Position numbers and translations under genes: made by a program. From Catajapyx aquilonaris (taxonomy: Eukaryota), in contig JYFJ02004068.1 in NCBI GenBank assembly GCA_000934665.2, positions 1 through 35,128 on the forward strand: a stretch of 35,128 nt of DNA, given 5' to 3'. The notes under the pieces are model-generated. The model was not told where the DNA came from and did not search any database. It worked only from the letters and a program-made list of their open reading frames with translations. Shown piece by piece: positions 13,839 through 23,772 of this stretch. Numbering within the stretch: position 1 is the first letter of the stretch; every line of letters starts with the position of its first letter.

Positions 13839-13994
13839 CACCTCACGGCGAAGCTAACGGACACCCATAAAGAAGTTAAGGTCCGTCAGTTCAGGTGGTC
13901 ATCTTTTCCAGCTAGAAGTTAACGGTCCCGACATCAAAGAGGTCGTCAAATATGTCCGGTGGTCGATGATGATGAAGTCATTTGTTGGTTGATT

Positions 13995-14564
13995 CTATGG
14001 TGTAGTCGTATCAGGATCAGCAGGAGGCGTCGTAGCAGCGTCGGTACTCGTGTTGGTCCCCTCCAGGAAAAGCGGCATAGGCAGCTTCTCAAACATACGA
14101 AAAGGCAGGCAAAAGGGATGAGGCACAGGCGAGCCTTCTTCATTCCAAACTGCGACGCCTGAGAACAGCAGACTGGAGCAGTTCATGATGCACCCGTAGG
14201 CGGCGTATATGTCTGATGCAATGACGATGGGGACGATCAAATCCGTCACGACAAGGAAAGGCCTCCATACTTCTACAGCTCCCAGTTGAATCGGCAGGGC
14301 CACGCGTCCCAACGGAACAATGTTCAGTTGGTTTGGCAGGCTGATGTGGCGTCGCACTGGCAGCAGGGGAGGTCGTAACGGGACTGGTAGAGCCATCCAC
14401 ACTCGTTGGTCGATGGATGAAGACACAGCTCCTCCATCCAGCAGTGCGGTCCACTCCATTCCGTGTATTGATGTATGGATGGTGGCAGAGGCGATGACGT
14501 AAGGGCCCCTCTTAGGTTCGGTGGACTCTGTGGACTGTGCTGGTGGTGGTAATGCTTCCGCCAT
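13995..14564 (-). CDS. Retropepsin-like aspartic protease homologue with non-canonical active site (189 aa from ATG at 14564)
   Basis: WTALLDGGAVSSSID matches the ALLD(T/S)GA motif with T/S replaced by G. PLGRVALPIQLG...FLVVTDLIVPIVIASDIY matches the C-terminal ILGxDFL region. The ATG is in ACCATGG Kozak context and the frame is uninterrupted. Confidence 0.8.
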   Translation of the reverse strand: MAEALPPPAQSTESTEPKRGPYVIASATIHTSIHGMEWTALLDGGAVSSSIDQRVWMALPVPLRPPLLPVRRHISLPNQLNIVPLGRVALPIQLGAVEVWRPFLVVTDLIVPIVIASDIYAAYGCIMNCSSLLFSGVAVWNEEGSPVPHPFCLPFRMFEKLPMPLFLEGTNTSTDAATTPPADPDTTTP

Positions 14565-14696
14565 GGTGTCTGTTGATCCTGGAGTCGGTTCGCCTTCCAA
14601 TGACTAGATAAACATGAAACAATGATAAGTCAATATTTAGGTGAGCAGGAAAACCAAGAATGAGGTCGGGCAGGTTGGGCACGGCCGGTTTTATGC

Positions 14697-15554
14697 TCAA
14701 GGAAACGCAATGCATCTTGGATCCGGTGCGCGTTTCGAAGATACTGAACAAACGTCACTTTTAGCTTGGCTCATCGAATGGCGAGATCTGGGGTTTATTT
14801 CCCGAGGTCCAGCCGCCCCCATATAACACCACTCTTCCAGGGTAAAAGCAAGAGCTGGTAAAGGGGGGTGGGGTCCAATTGTCCGATGATTTAACAAACC
14901 GCCAATGGGGTTAATGGCGATATTAGATCGTCGCCTTTTGACACTTTTGGAAATCACCAGTGGGATACACGTCATGTGTAAGGAGGGAAAGGAAAGGTTC
15001 AAAACAAAAAAAGGTCCACTGTAGGTGATCCGAAATAGGTCACGATGCTCTAAAAGGATGTCGTACCGTGACTCAATACTCCTGTCCGAGACAAATCGAA
15101 TTTGTCTGAGGTCGTCAGTCTCCTGTCCCTTCATATGACGATGAATTTCCAACAAAAGAAAGATCACTCTGTTCTCACACTTAACTTCCGGTAGACACGG
15201 CGCGTGGTATAGGGCCGCGACACAACAGTTGTATGCCTGTATAGCACAACCCGGCCGCAGGTCCTCCCGCGACTCGTAAGTATCTTCAGACGTGACCACT
15301 GGACTCCGTCGACAGCTCAGAGGTTGTATTGCCTGTATAGCACAACTTGTCTGCTCGTAAGTTTCTTCAGATGCGGCCAATGGGCTCCATGGACAGCTCA
15401 GAGGTTGTATCGCCTGTATAGCACAACTTGTCTGCTCATAAGTCATCTGTATGGGGGTCCGTCGTCCGGTTGATAACACCGACATGGCTAGTCGACTCCA
15501 AAGGCGGTTCAGAGGTTGTATTGCCTGTATAGCACAACTTGTCTGCACATTCAT
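14697..15554 (-). CDS. 285-aa ORF of the LTR element: N-terminal QTSCAIQAIQPL repeats and a putative winged-helix/LOTUS-like domain
   Basis: The frame stays open through 3-4 repeats of unequal but frame-preserving spacing. The domain guess is a by-eye pattern only. Confidence 0.5.
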   Translation of the reverse strand: MNVQTSCAIQAIQPLNRLWSRLAMSVLSTGRRTPIQMTYEQTSCAIQAIQPLSCPWSPLAASEETYEQTSCAIQAIQPLSCRRSPVVTSEDTYESREDLRPGCAIQAYNCCVAALYHAPCLPEVKCENRVIFLLLEIHRHMKGQETDDLRQIRFVSDRSIESRYDILLEHRDLFRITYSGPFFVLNLSFPSLHMTCIPLVISKSVKRRRSNIAINPIGGLLNHRTIGPHPPLPALAFTLEEWCYMGAAGPREINPRSRHSMSQAKSDVCSVSSKRAPDPRCIAFP

Positions 15555-15696
15555 TAGTCACTCGCACAGAGGTCTGTGTACGTACGTGAGCAGCGATCCT
15601 CCCTACGGATAGCGGGCGGCAATTCGCCAGGTCCCTTCGTATCAGGGACGTCGCTACCATAGAGGTGAATATACCGCAGAGGAAAGAATAATAAAG

Positions 15697-15714
15697 ATCC
15701 CACTTCTGACACCA
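15697..15714 (-). promoter_or_regulatory. Primer-binding site complementary to the tRNA-Leu 3' end
   Basis: Minus strand TGGTGTCAGAAGTGGGAT, 7 nt inside the 5' LTR. It is the complement of ...ATCCCACTTCTGACACCA, the 3' end plus CCA of metazoan tRNA-Leu (recalled sequence). Confidence 0.9.
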
Positions 15715-15721
15715 CTTTTTA

Positions 15722-16033
15722 TGTGACCGAGCGGTTTGGTTCAATGGTGGTGAGATAGAAATATAGGGCAACTGAGATCGTATTCAAGTCCTCTTTAATG
15801 CGGAAAACAAAATAGTAAGTGAAATGGAAGTAAAGGATAGTGTGGGGTAGGTAGGGAGTGACCTCCTCCTACGGATATGCTCCGATAGGAATCAGCCTCA
15901 ATTCGGAGACAGAGTGAACTTATATACATATCATAACCCTGAGTATGATGGGAAAGAGACATGTTAGTTGATAACAGCACTCAAGGGAAGAGAAGTCCAT
16001 CTAGCGATGAAAGTTGAAAGTTCACCGGTCACA
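15722..16033 (-). repeat. 5' LTR
   Basis: Identical to 13527-13838; the ORF track gives the same 61-aa translation in both. Followed on the minus strand by the PBS. Confidence 0.95.
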
Positions 16034-17794
16034 CCTGTTTGCCTACGTCTTGTTTTTCAAGCAAAAGTCGCGAACTTTCAGAAAGCCCCTCGTATACATG
16101 CGCAAAATTAGTGTCCTTGGCATTTCCCCTTCGAATCAAATGAAACTTAGAACGACTTGCGTTTGTAGTCTCCGTAATGCCGGCCATCTCTTACGAAGCA
16201 CCATAGCCGTAATCGGCCATCATTGGAACATCCCATCTGTCATAGTACCGTATATTACTTTTACTTCTTGGATATCTGGAATATCTAATTATAACTTATT
16301 ATATTATATATTACCAGTATATTTAACGTAAATTCCGCAGATTTTTTTCTCATGGCGAAAATTGTTTACGTATAAGTCCAGATGGTCCGGATCTATGCAA
16401 GTCGAGGCTTTCTGTATTTACTGATACAGTATGTATACCGCACTATTACACAAGATGTTCAAATGATCGGAGCACCTCTCTAAGATGTAGGTTCCTTGCA
16501 ATATTACAAATACCAAGTACAGTACAAGTAGAACATGAGCCGTCCAAAAGTCAAATGTCTGAAATCCATGCTATAGTAGCGTTTTGATTTTGAGTTTGGA
16601 CTCTTCAATATATTACCCTATAGTTAATTTTAGCTATTTCGGCTTCCTTTCGGAGATAATCCACATCAGGTTATGCAAGCAGGTAATGGGCGTCATCCTG
16701 TGCATCAGGCGATCAAAGTAGCAAGGGGGGTTGTAAGTCAGCAAAACCTACAAAATTACTCCTGTTAGACTATGTTTGTAACCTTTAAGATGCCAATATC
16801 TCCTTAATGAGATCGGAGGCGTCAAATAAGTTATATCATCCTAGAAATGAGCAAGGAACCAACATACGAGATGAGCTTTGCAAGCTTTGCAACACCCTGT
16901 ACAGAACTTGGCAATAAAGTTTGTCAGAAATGCAGTGGTGTTTCACTAACGCAGAAAGTAATCAAAGAGAAAATGTATACAAAAATATAAATGATTATTA
17001 TCATTGTAATTTGTGCAATATTTACGCAAGTTTCAGAGCAGATAATGAGAATGTTGAGTGAATTGACCAAAAGCCATTCTTACCCATGACACAAAAACCA
17101 TACTTATACGAAGTATTTCATTCAGGGCGCCTTAACTTCGCATCAGCCCCTGACATCTCGAACTTTGCTGACTATACGCTCCTATAGACACTTAAGAAAC
17201 AATAAGCCCGTTCAAACCTGCTGTCAACAGGAATTGATTGAGCTGGAAATGGCAGTGACGTTGGTGCAAGAATATTGAGGAAGAGTGAAATATGTTCAGG
17301 GACATGATTCATTATTTTTATTACACTTTCCCACTTGTCCTTTTGGAGGACGCTGATGATAAGATGAAACCAATCAAGCTATTCCTATACTTGGATCAGG
17401 GGCAGAAAAGGTGTGCATAATGTGACCTAATCCCCTTCACTATATCCTATCTGGAGGTACTACCCATTATGCCTCTACTACTGCTAAGTGCCGATGCAAG
17501 GACAACTTTCCACATTCGGATCTCGTGTGTTACAGAATTTATTTATGGTCTACACAGCTAGTGTATAAGTGAAATACGTGTTACGAGTTAAGACAGTAGC
17601 CCGCAGTCCCTCTTAAGCAACGGTATCATACCACTTATTCCAAAACACCTTTGTCCAATGACACTTCCCACTTTATTGTGAGACAATAATGGCACAACAA
17701 TGATTATGCACAGATTCAGGTGGCCATGCTCTACAGGCAATGTTGCACTGTGCCGCTGAAAAATATTTTTTAAAGTGTGCTACAGAGTCAAATA

Positions 17795-18228
17795 CAGGGT
17801 GTTCATGAAAAACACCGACAAACCTATATCACCCCCAACCTAGGGACCAGACGATCACATTATGTAGATGAGTGATTATTCCTGGGCCGCCTATTACCGC
17901 GCAAATTGCCTTCAAACAGGTAGTATAAAATATCCTGGAAGTTAGGCCACCCAATGAACCCTTCCCCAGTCAGAAGGGTCTGGAAGGTCTGGGGGCCGGA
18001 CTTTGTTGGTTTGTTGCTCACAGGTGGTAAGGCCTCTATGGCTAGTTACACCTGTAAATTGTATTTAAAAGTCAGAAAGAGCGATTAGGCAAAAATCGCT
18101 AATCAGCAACGAGTCAATTATCTCAGTAATGAGACGGTGTAGACATAATGACTCCTCTACATAAAATGACCCTCACGTTACCATTGGCCACTGGTATCAG
18201 TTTGTCGGTGTTTTTCATGAACACCCTG
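17795..18228. mobile_element. Tc1/mariner-type MITE
   Basis: Perfect 29-bp TIR CAGGGTGTTCATGAAAAACACCGACAAAC, TA TSD at 17793-17794 and 18229-18230. Confidence 0.92.
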
Positions 18229-18896
18229 TATATAGTTTTGGAGTGGCAGTTCATCACTATTATTTGTTACTGTTTTCAAAGATTTGCTTAATGTGCCATG
18301 GTGATGGTAAGATGAAAACACCTCATAACTACATGTGTATGTAAGGAATCACTTTGTTATATTTTTTACTGCCTAACTGATGCCCAGTGACCATGTCATG
18401 TGACTTTTCAAAGGGAAATGCATTAGCATCTAACGAGGTGTCTTAAATGACACTTTTGAATTCAAACTAGTGAAACCGTTGCCAAAGTTTGGCAAACTAA
18501 GAATCAGTATCACATATATTTATTTATTATTTATTTTACCCCGTGATAGGCCCTCCTCAGCCCTCAGCTCCACCACGTCGCGCTAGTCGTGTTCTAAACC
18601 CCAGTGACCACACAGGAGGGAGGGAGGGGGGGGGGCGGGGGAATAAATGGAACACGGACGCAAAAACCGAATTTGTTGTTGATCAGTGGTGCCAACTCCA
18701 TGGATGCTCACAAACATAAGCAAAAGGGAAATAATTTCATTTTTTTTTTCAAAACGAGGTCATTACTGGCACCCCAGCGCCCCTGGCAGGAAGAGACGGT
18801 AGGCAGGATTGGGCGCGGAATTTCAAACTGAACCCGGGCCGAATACGTCAATAGAAAGGTTCGGGGATAATGAAACCAGTTTTTCATCATCTAATA

Positions 18897-19276
18897 CAGG
18901 GGTTCCCAACCAGGGGTACCCATACCCCCATGGGGTGCGAGGTGGCCCTCCTGGGGGTTCGGACTTCGGAGCTAAGTACCCCTGAGTCCAAATCGAGCAA
19001 TTTTTGACATAGCAAAGTGGCTTGCACCATGGCTTGTACAAAGGAAAATATAGCTGGATTACAATCGAAAAAATTATTTAATTTTCTTTCACTTGGTCAT
19101 ACCCCTGGTCACTACATATTGATTACAAGGTACGCGTAGTTATCACGATTATCACGGATTAGTTAAAATAATGTCAAGGATTCGGTAAATCTGTCATCCT
19201 GGTATAGGGGATACGAGAAGGACCAACTGTTCTTCTAAGGGGTGTGAAGGCCCTAAAAGGTTGGGAACTACCACTG
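18897..19276. mobile_element. hAT-type MITE
   Basis: Ends CAGGGGTTCCCAACC...GGTTGGGAACtacCACTG. 8-bp TSD ATCTAATA / ATATAATA with one mismatch. Confidence 0.8.
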
Positions 19277-19369
19277 ATATAATACAAACACTGCAAAGTT
19301 CCATGTACGTTTATAAGAAAGGGGGGGATTATGACCAGATAGAAAAACCTGGTCGGAAAGTGCGCTGAT

Positions 19370-20344
19370 AATTCAGATACGTATGTGAGTACATACGAGT
19401 AGAGGATGCACGTGGGGAATGGGCCCTTCGGAAAATATGGATTTGTAAATCCGTCGCTGGAGGCAGACCAAATCAAACTGCAGTGGGATGGATCCATTGC
19501 ATAGGCTTGCACATCTTTTAGGTGCCTTTTGAGAAAATTATTATCCTTTGCGTTGGGAAGTATTTCCTGGACATGAGGTACATTCTCCAGGAAATGAATG
19601 ATGTCACTTCCAGACTCGCAATGGAAGCAGTCAGTGCTCACCATATACTCATGGCTGGAGTCAAAGTGAAGTCCCAACTTGAACTTCACCTTGGTCAAGT
19701 GCAGCCTCATGAAATGGTCCTTAAAGGGACACTCCACTCAAAATACAAGTTGGGTTCTAAAAATCGGGCAAAAAATCCTGATTCCGAGGGTATAAGCAGT
19801 TTTTCTTAGAGACGAACGGTAAGGCCAGTGTGAAAGCTTGAAGTGTGTCGTTCGAAAACCGCGCGCGGGGCGGTGGGCGCAGGTGGCGACGCCACCAGAG
19901 TGGAACCGGGCGGAACTAGACCAGGGACGCCTGGTGCGGCAGGTGTTTACTGTACGCGCTATACTTCTCCGGTTTGCCGCGGGATGCTGTTGTATCGCCC
20001 TTCTTAGCAGACGACGTGTGTAGATATATGATTTTCCGTGTTACCGTTGGGCGTAGAAAAAAACCGATTGCACATTCGGAATCAGGATTTTTTTCCCGAT
20101 TTTTGGGGGCCAACTTGTATTTTGAGTGGAGTGTCCCTTTAAAGTGGTTGTCCCTCACCCAAACCACGAACAAATACTTGGTTTTAAGAATAGTTGCTTG
20201 TTTGTAGAGATGCTACAATGTTTGGTCCAGTGTGCCCATGCATGTCGTTATGAAGTGAACAGCGCAGTTATCTGTACTCCTCAGCTCATCTTCGCTTGTG
20301 TAGTCGAAGTGTGCCACTTTGACCGATGACACGGTATTTATGGC
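19370..20344 (-). pseudogene. Disrupted coding fragment, possibly a divergent ionotropic receptor N-terminal/S1 region
   Basis: Removing the MITE plus one TTAA (418 bp) joins ...YLFVVWVRDNHFK to DHFMRLHLTKV...STDCFHCESG...EILPNAKDNNFLKRHLKDVQAYAMDP... in frame. One internal stop at 20213-20215. The family guess rests on CxxCxxG followed by an LP..nFxxRxLxV-like pattern. Confidence 0.4.
19725..20138. mobile_element. Kolobok-type MITE (TTAA TSD, purine-start TIRs)
   Basis: ~60-bp TIRs AGGGACACTCCACTCAAAATACAAGTTGG..., TTAA at 19721-19724 and 20139-20142. The ends begin AG rather than the CC of piggyBac. Confidence 0.85.
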
Positions 20345-20350
20345 CTATGC

Positions 20351-21030
20351 ATACGCCCGTTCCCGGAAAAATTCCGCAATTGACAAGTTTTTGTAACATT
20401 CAGGGTACGTTATGGACAAGTTTCATTACATATTTATCTAGAGCGAATCCTGTCCATAACGGACCCTTTCCATAACGGAAACTTGCCTATTGCGGAATTT
20501 TTCTGGTAACGGGCGTATGGAAAGTACACGATTTCCGCGTCGAATATAGCGGAAACTTGCTCATTACGGAAAATTTTATCCCGTGCATTTCCGCCATGCT
20601 CAGATTTCACTGAATATAGCTAGATGGGAAGTAAAACCTGTCCATAACGGACCCTGTGTATACAGGAAACTCGTTCATTGCGGAATATTCGAGTCCCGTG
20701 TATTTCAGCTATGCACAGGTTTCGCTGAATATAGCTAGGTGGGAAGTAAAACCTGTCCACAACGGACCCTGTGTATAACGGAAACTTGCCTATTGCGGAT
20801 TTCTTTCTGGTAACTGGCGTATGGAAAGTACACGATTTCCGCGTCGAATATAGCGGAAATTGTATAATTTTCATACGCCAGTTACCAGAAAAATTCCGCA
20901 ATAGGCAAGTTTCCATTATACACAGGGCCCGTTGTGGACAGGATTCGCTGTATATTATATACAGCGAAACCTGTACATATCTGAATAGCACGTGACTCTT
21001 AAAATTCCGCAATGAGCAAGTTTCCGTTAT
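20351..21030. repeat. Cluster of direct and inverted copies of a pogo/Tigger-like MITE terminal unit
   Basis: The unit CCTGTCCATAACGGACCC...AACGGAAACTTGCCTATTGCGGAATTTT occurs forward at about 20449, 20637 and 20752, and inverted at about 20351-20430, 20873-20950 and 21000-21030. Confidence 0.7.
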
Positions 21031-21283
21031 ACCCTCCTGAGACCCGAGAAGCCATTTGTGCAATTATTTAGTAATACTTTGAAAGAACCTTCTGTAGTGG
21101 AGGTGTAGAAGCCATTTTTCAGAATTTCATATTTTTGTTGCAATCACTTATATATAGGACATTGGGTCTTAGCTATAACATTCCTTTTCTGTATTTCTCA
21201 GTGAATTTTAAAAAAACAAACTTTCATCTTTATTTCAATACAGCAGCTTATATCTTACGTTTTCCTTGTACAGTATAGCCATA

Positions 21284-21326
21284 CTAGCGGTTACATTCGC
21301 CGAGTGTCCCCTATATAGGGGTCGGC
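21284..21326 (-). mobile_element. Helitron-like 3' terminus (hairpin followed by CTAG|T)
   Basis: Minus strand GCCGACCCCTATATAGGGGACACTCGGC hairpin, 11-nt spacer, then CTAG followed by T. Confidence 0.5.
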
Positions 21327-21332
21327 GTCCTA

Positions 21333-22142
21333 ATGTTCTCATTGGTTGTTTGTCACTATTTTTGTGGATATTTTAAAACTAAATTTTTTTTCTCGTTTCT
21401 TATTGGGAAAATGTTCAGAAAATGCGTTAAAAATTCTTCTCAGGTCTCAGGAGGATATTTATTACGGAAGCACCTCCGGAATTTTCCTGGAAGGACCGTG
21501 GGAAACCACAGAAAACCACGGTCAGAGTTCCCGGCCCCGAGATTTCATCCCAGGACCTCCCGATTAGCAGTTGGACACCATGTCCCCTCCTCCAAACTTC
21601 GAAGGCTCACGAGATGTTCTGCGGCAAGGGAATTGAGGTGCCAAACCGGAAACAATATATTAAGCAAGGTCGATTCAAGCGATGGCAATACTTCAAGAAA
21701 AGTTCAGCTTGCAAGTAAAAGTGCGACTCATCAAGTTGATCACAGCCCTACGGTTACGTGTGACGTAGATGGAGGAACACACCGAGCTGAACTGAATTCC
21801 AGCACTGCGCAGAATATTGCACCTTTACGTCCAAAGAAAATTCAAGTGTTCCAGTGTGAAAAGCGCGGCAAATGTGTGAAGTCTAGTTCATCCTTCAAGT
21901 ACCACATACAACGTGCATGTCCTATGCTCGGCGCCGTGGTCGAAATGAATCGTAAGCACAAATGCGAGACATGCGGAGAGGGCTTCAGAAGCAAGACGCA
22001 GCTGGCGGATCATTCCCGGGTGCACTATAAGACATTGAAGTGCGAGATATGTGAGAAACGATACTTCTTAAAACACAACTTCATCAGGCATCTCCAGACT
22101 CACCTGGATTGGCCGACGCACACTCGGCGGAAGAGACAGTAA
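21333..22142 (+). CDS. C2H2 zinc-finger coding segment (exon or pseudogene fragment); true 5' boundary probably an acceptor near 21443-21450
   Basis: Two canonical fingers, CETCGEGFRSKTQLADHSRVH and CEICEKRYFLKHNFIRHLQTH, preceded by a damaged finger CEKRGK...H (second Cys replaced by Arg). Fingers span 21855-22103. Confidence 0.7.
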   Translation: MFSLVVCHYFCGYFKTKFFFSFLIGKMFRKCVKNSSQVSGGYLLRKHLRNFPGRTVGNHRKPRSEFPAPRFHPRTSRLAVGHHVPSSKLRRLTRCSAARELRCQTGNNILSKVDSSDGNTSRKVQLASKSATHQVDHSPTVTCDVDGGTHRAELNSSTAQNIAPLRPKKIQVFQCEKRGKCVKSSSSFKYHIQRACPMLGAVVEMNRKHKCETCGEGFRSKTQLADHSRVHYKTLKCEICEKRYFLKHNFIRHLQTHLDWPTHTRRKRQ

Positions 22143-22832
22143 TGTGTGAGATGGTGCCAGACACAACTGCATTGACCATGCTGGACAGTTCAATGAATGT
22201 GAATGTGGATTTGCCATGTTAGTGAGAGCGGTAGAAGTAAAATGACAGAAGAAAAGCGCATTTGATGATAAAAGCAAGCCACTTTGCACACTTGTTCCTA
22301 ACACCATAAGGTTCAATTTGGCCCGCAGTATGGTCAAATTTTTCAATTTGGATTCAAAATGGCCGACAATTTCGAGACGTGTTACTTTTGGGGGTACAAA
22401 TGAATGCTTGGTGTCGATTCCGCATGATTTAAGGTCGGTAAACTAGAATTTGGCCATACCAAGTCGCCATCTCGAATTATTTCACAGGTAGGCTCACTAC
22501 TTATCAAACAACAATTGAAAGGCTTAAGTCAAAATGGCTGTAAGTGCCAAAAAAAAACAAAAGTTGAGTTATGTGTGCAAAAGTGATGTAGGCCTATATG
22601 CCATGCTTAATAAGGTCAGAATGGATGCATGCGCAAGAAACATCCCGTGTAGTTCACTTCATATTCCTCGCCAGACTTTGGGATGTGTGATGTTAACAGT
22701 ACCTTCCTCAAACACATTTGGTCGATTTCCCAAATTTCTTCTTCTTGGCACTTACAGCCATTTGACTTAAGCCCTTCAATTGCGAGATACACCCTTCTTC
22801 GAGGGAGGGGTTCAATTATAGCAGTCATTCTA

Positions 22833-23104
22833 GGGGGCATGGTAGTCTAGTGGCTATGGTACTGGCTGGCCAAGCGGGAGGCCGGGGTTCAAATCCCGTC
22901 CCCGTCACCTCTGCTTGGTTGAGTCTTTTTCCGCTTTTCACCCGACATGTCCGGGCAGATTTGCACTCCCTTCTCTGCCCAGGGCCAAGAGAAAAGGTCT
23001 GGTGTTAATGAGGGTCTGCAATGACTAGAAACTACTTAAGAGCGCCCTCCCTTGGGAACCTGCCCTTTCCTACATGCCCATGGACTAGGGCATTGCTACG
23101 AAAC
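22833..23104 (+). mobile_element. tRNA-derived SINE with TSD
   Basis: A box TAGTCTAGTGG, B box GGTTCAAATCC. Flanking direct repeat ATAGCAGTCAT(T/C)CT at 22818-22831 and 23105-23118. Confidence 0.88.
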
Positions 23105-23772
23105 ATAGCAGTCATCCTGTCCCATACCTAAAATAATGAACTTGGCATCACCTCCAGCATGCGAGTGGCTTTCTCTTGTTATATGACCTTGCAAAGTCCA
23201 GAGAATTCTGCTTGTTGTCATTCAAGACATCTGTTTTGCACCAATTTCTTGCAGGTGTTGTGCTAGTAGCTAGTTCAATATGACCTCGAAGAGAAGCATC
23301 ATGAAACAGGATTAGACCAGTGTCCTACAATGTTGACACTGACACCATTCATTAGAAAAAGATCCACCACCTGTCAGCTACCTCCAAATGAAGCTGCATG
23401 AACAGGATTATCAATTAAATAATAAATTTAAAAATCTACAAATAGCCCACATCAATTTCCCTGAAGATACCACCCTAAGAACATGCGAGTCCTCAAGAGG
23501 CAATATTTGCAATATCAATCAATGGAAGGGAGACATACCATACAGCAAGTTAGTGGGTCATTTTAAGTTATCACTAATATTGCCCAGAGTATTTATTTTT
23601 GTGTAGCTCGTTTTGCCCCTAATCAGGTGCCCCATTACTCCCAGGTGGTTGAATATAGCAGTTTCCATAGAATAGGGCACATGGTTAGGGGCGTAACTAG
23701 CTACAAAATATAATGGCTTCGACCAAAATTTTCTATAACTAAAAATGAGCCACGGACTTGGAACACCCAGTA

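Larger units (their letters stand above)
13527..16033 (-). mobile_element. Non-autonomous Gypsy-type LTR retroelement, 2507 bp, recently inserted
   Basis: Two 312-bp direct repeats identical by eye, each TGTGACCG...CGGTCACA. 4-bp TSD CCTG at 13523-13526 and 16034-16037. tRNA-Leu PBS. Retropepsin-like ORF. No RT or integrase motifs. Confidence 0.95.

Noticed and set aside
13839..13852. Polypurine tract before the 3' LTR
   Set aside because: The minus strand reads CGCCGTGAGGTG, only weakly purine-rich, so it was not annotated as a PPT.
13855..13902. Minus-strand peptide *PPELTDLNFFMG resembling the mariner WPPRSPDL..DFFLWG motif
   Set aside because: Too short, bounded by stops, and no other transposase motif nearby.
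15233..15546. CRISPR-like repeat-spacer appearance (also 20351-21030)
   Set aside because: Eukaryotic context, irregular spacing, spacers related to each other, and no cas genes.
22833..22910. tRNA gene call (also 8430-8506)
   Set aside because: A and B boxes are present, but no clean cloverleaf was seen and each continues into a SINE body; the first also has a TSD.
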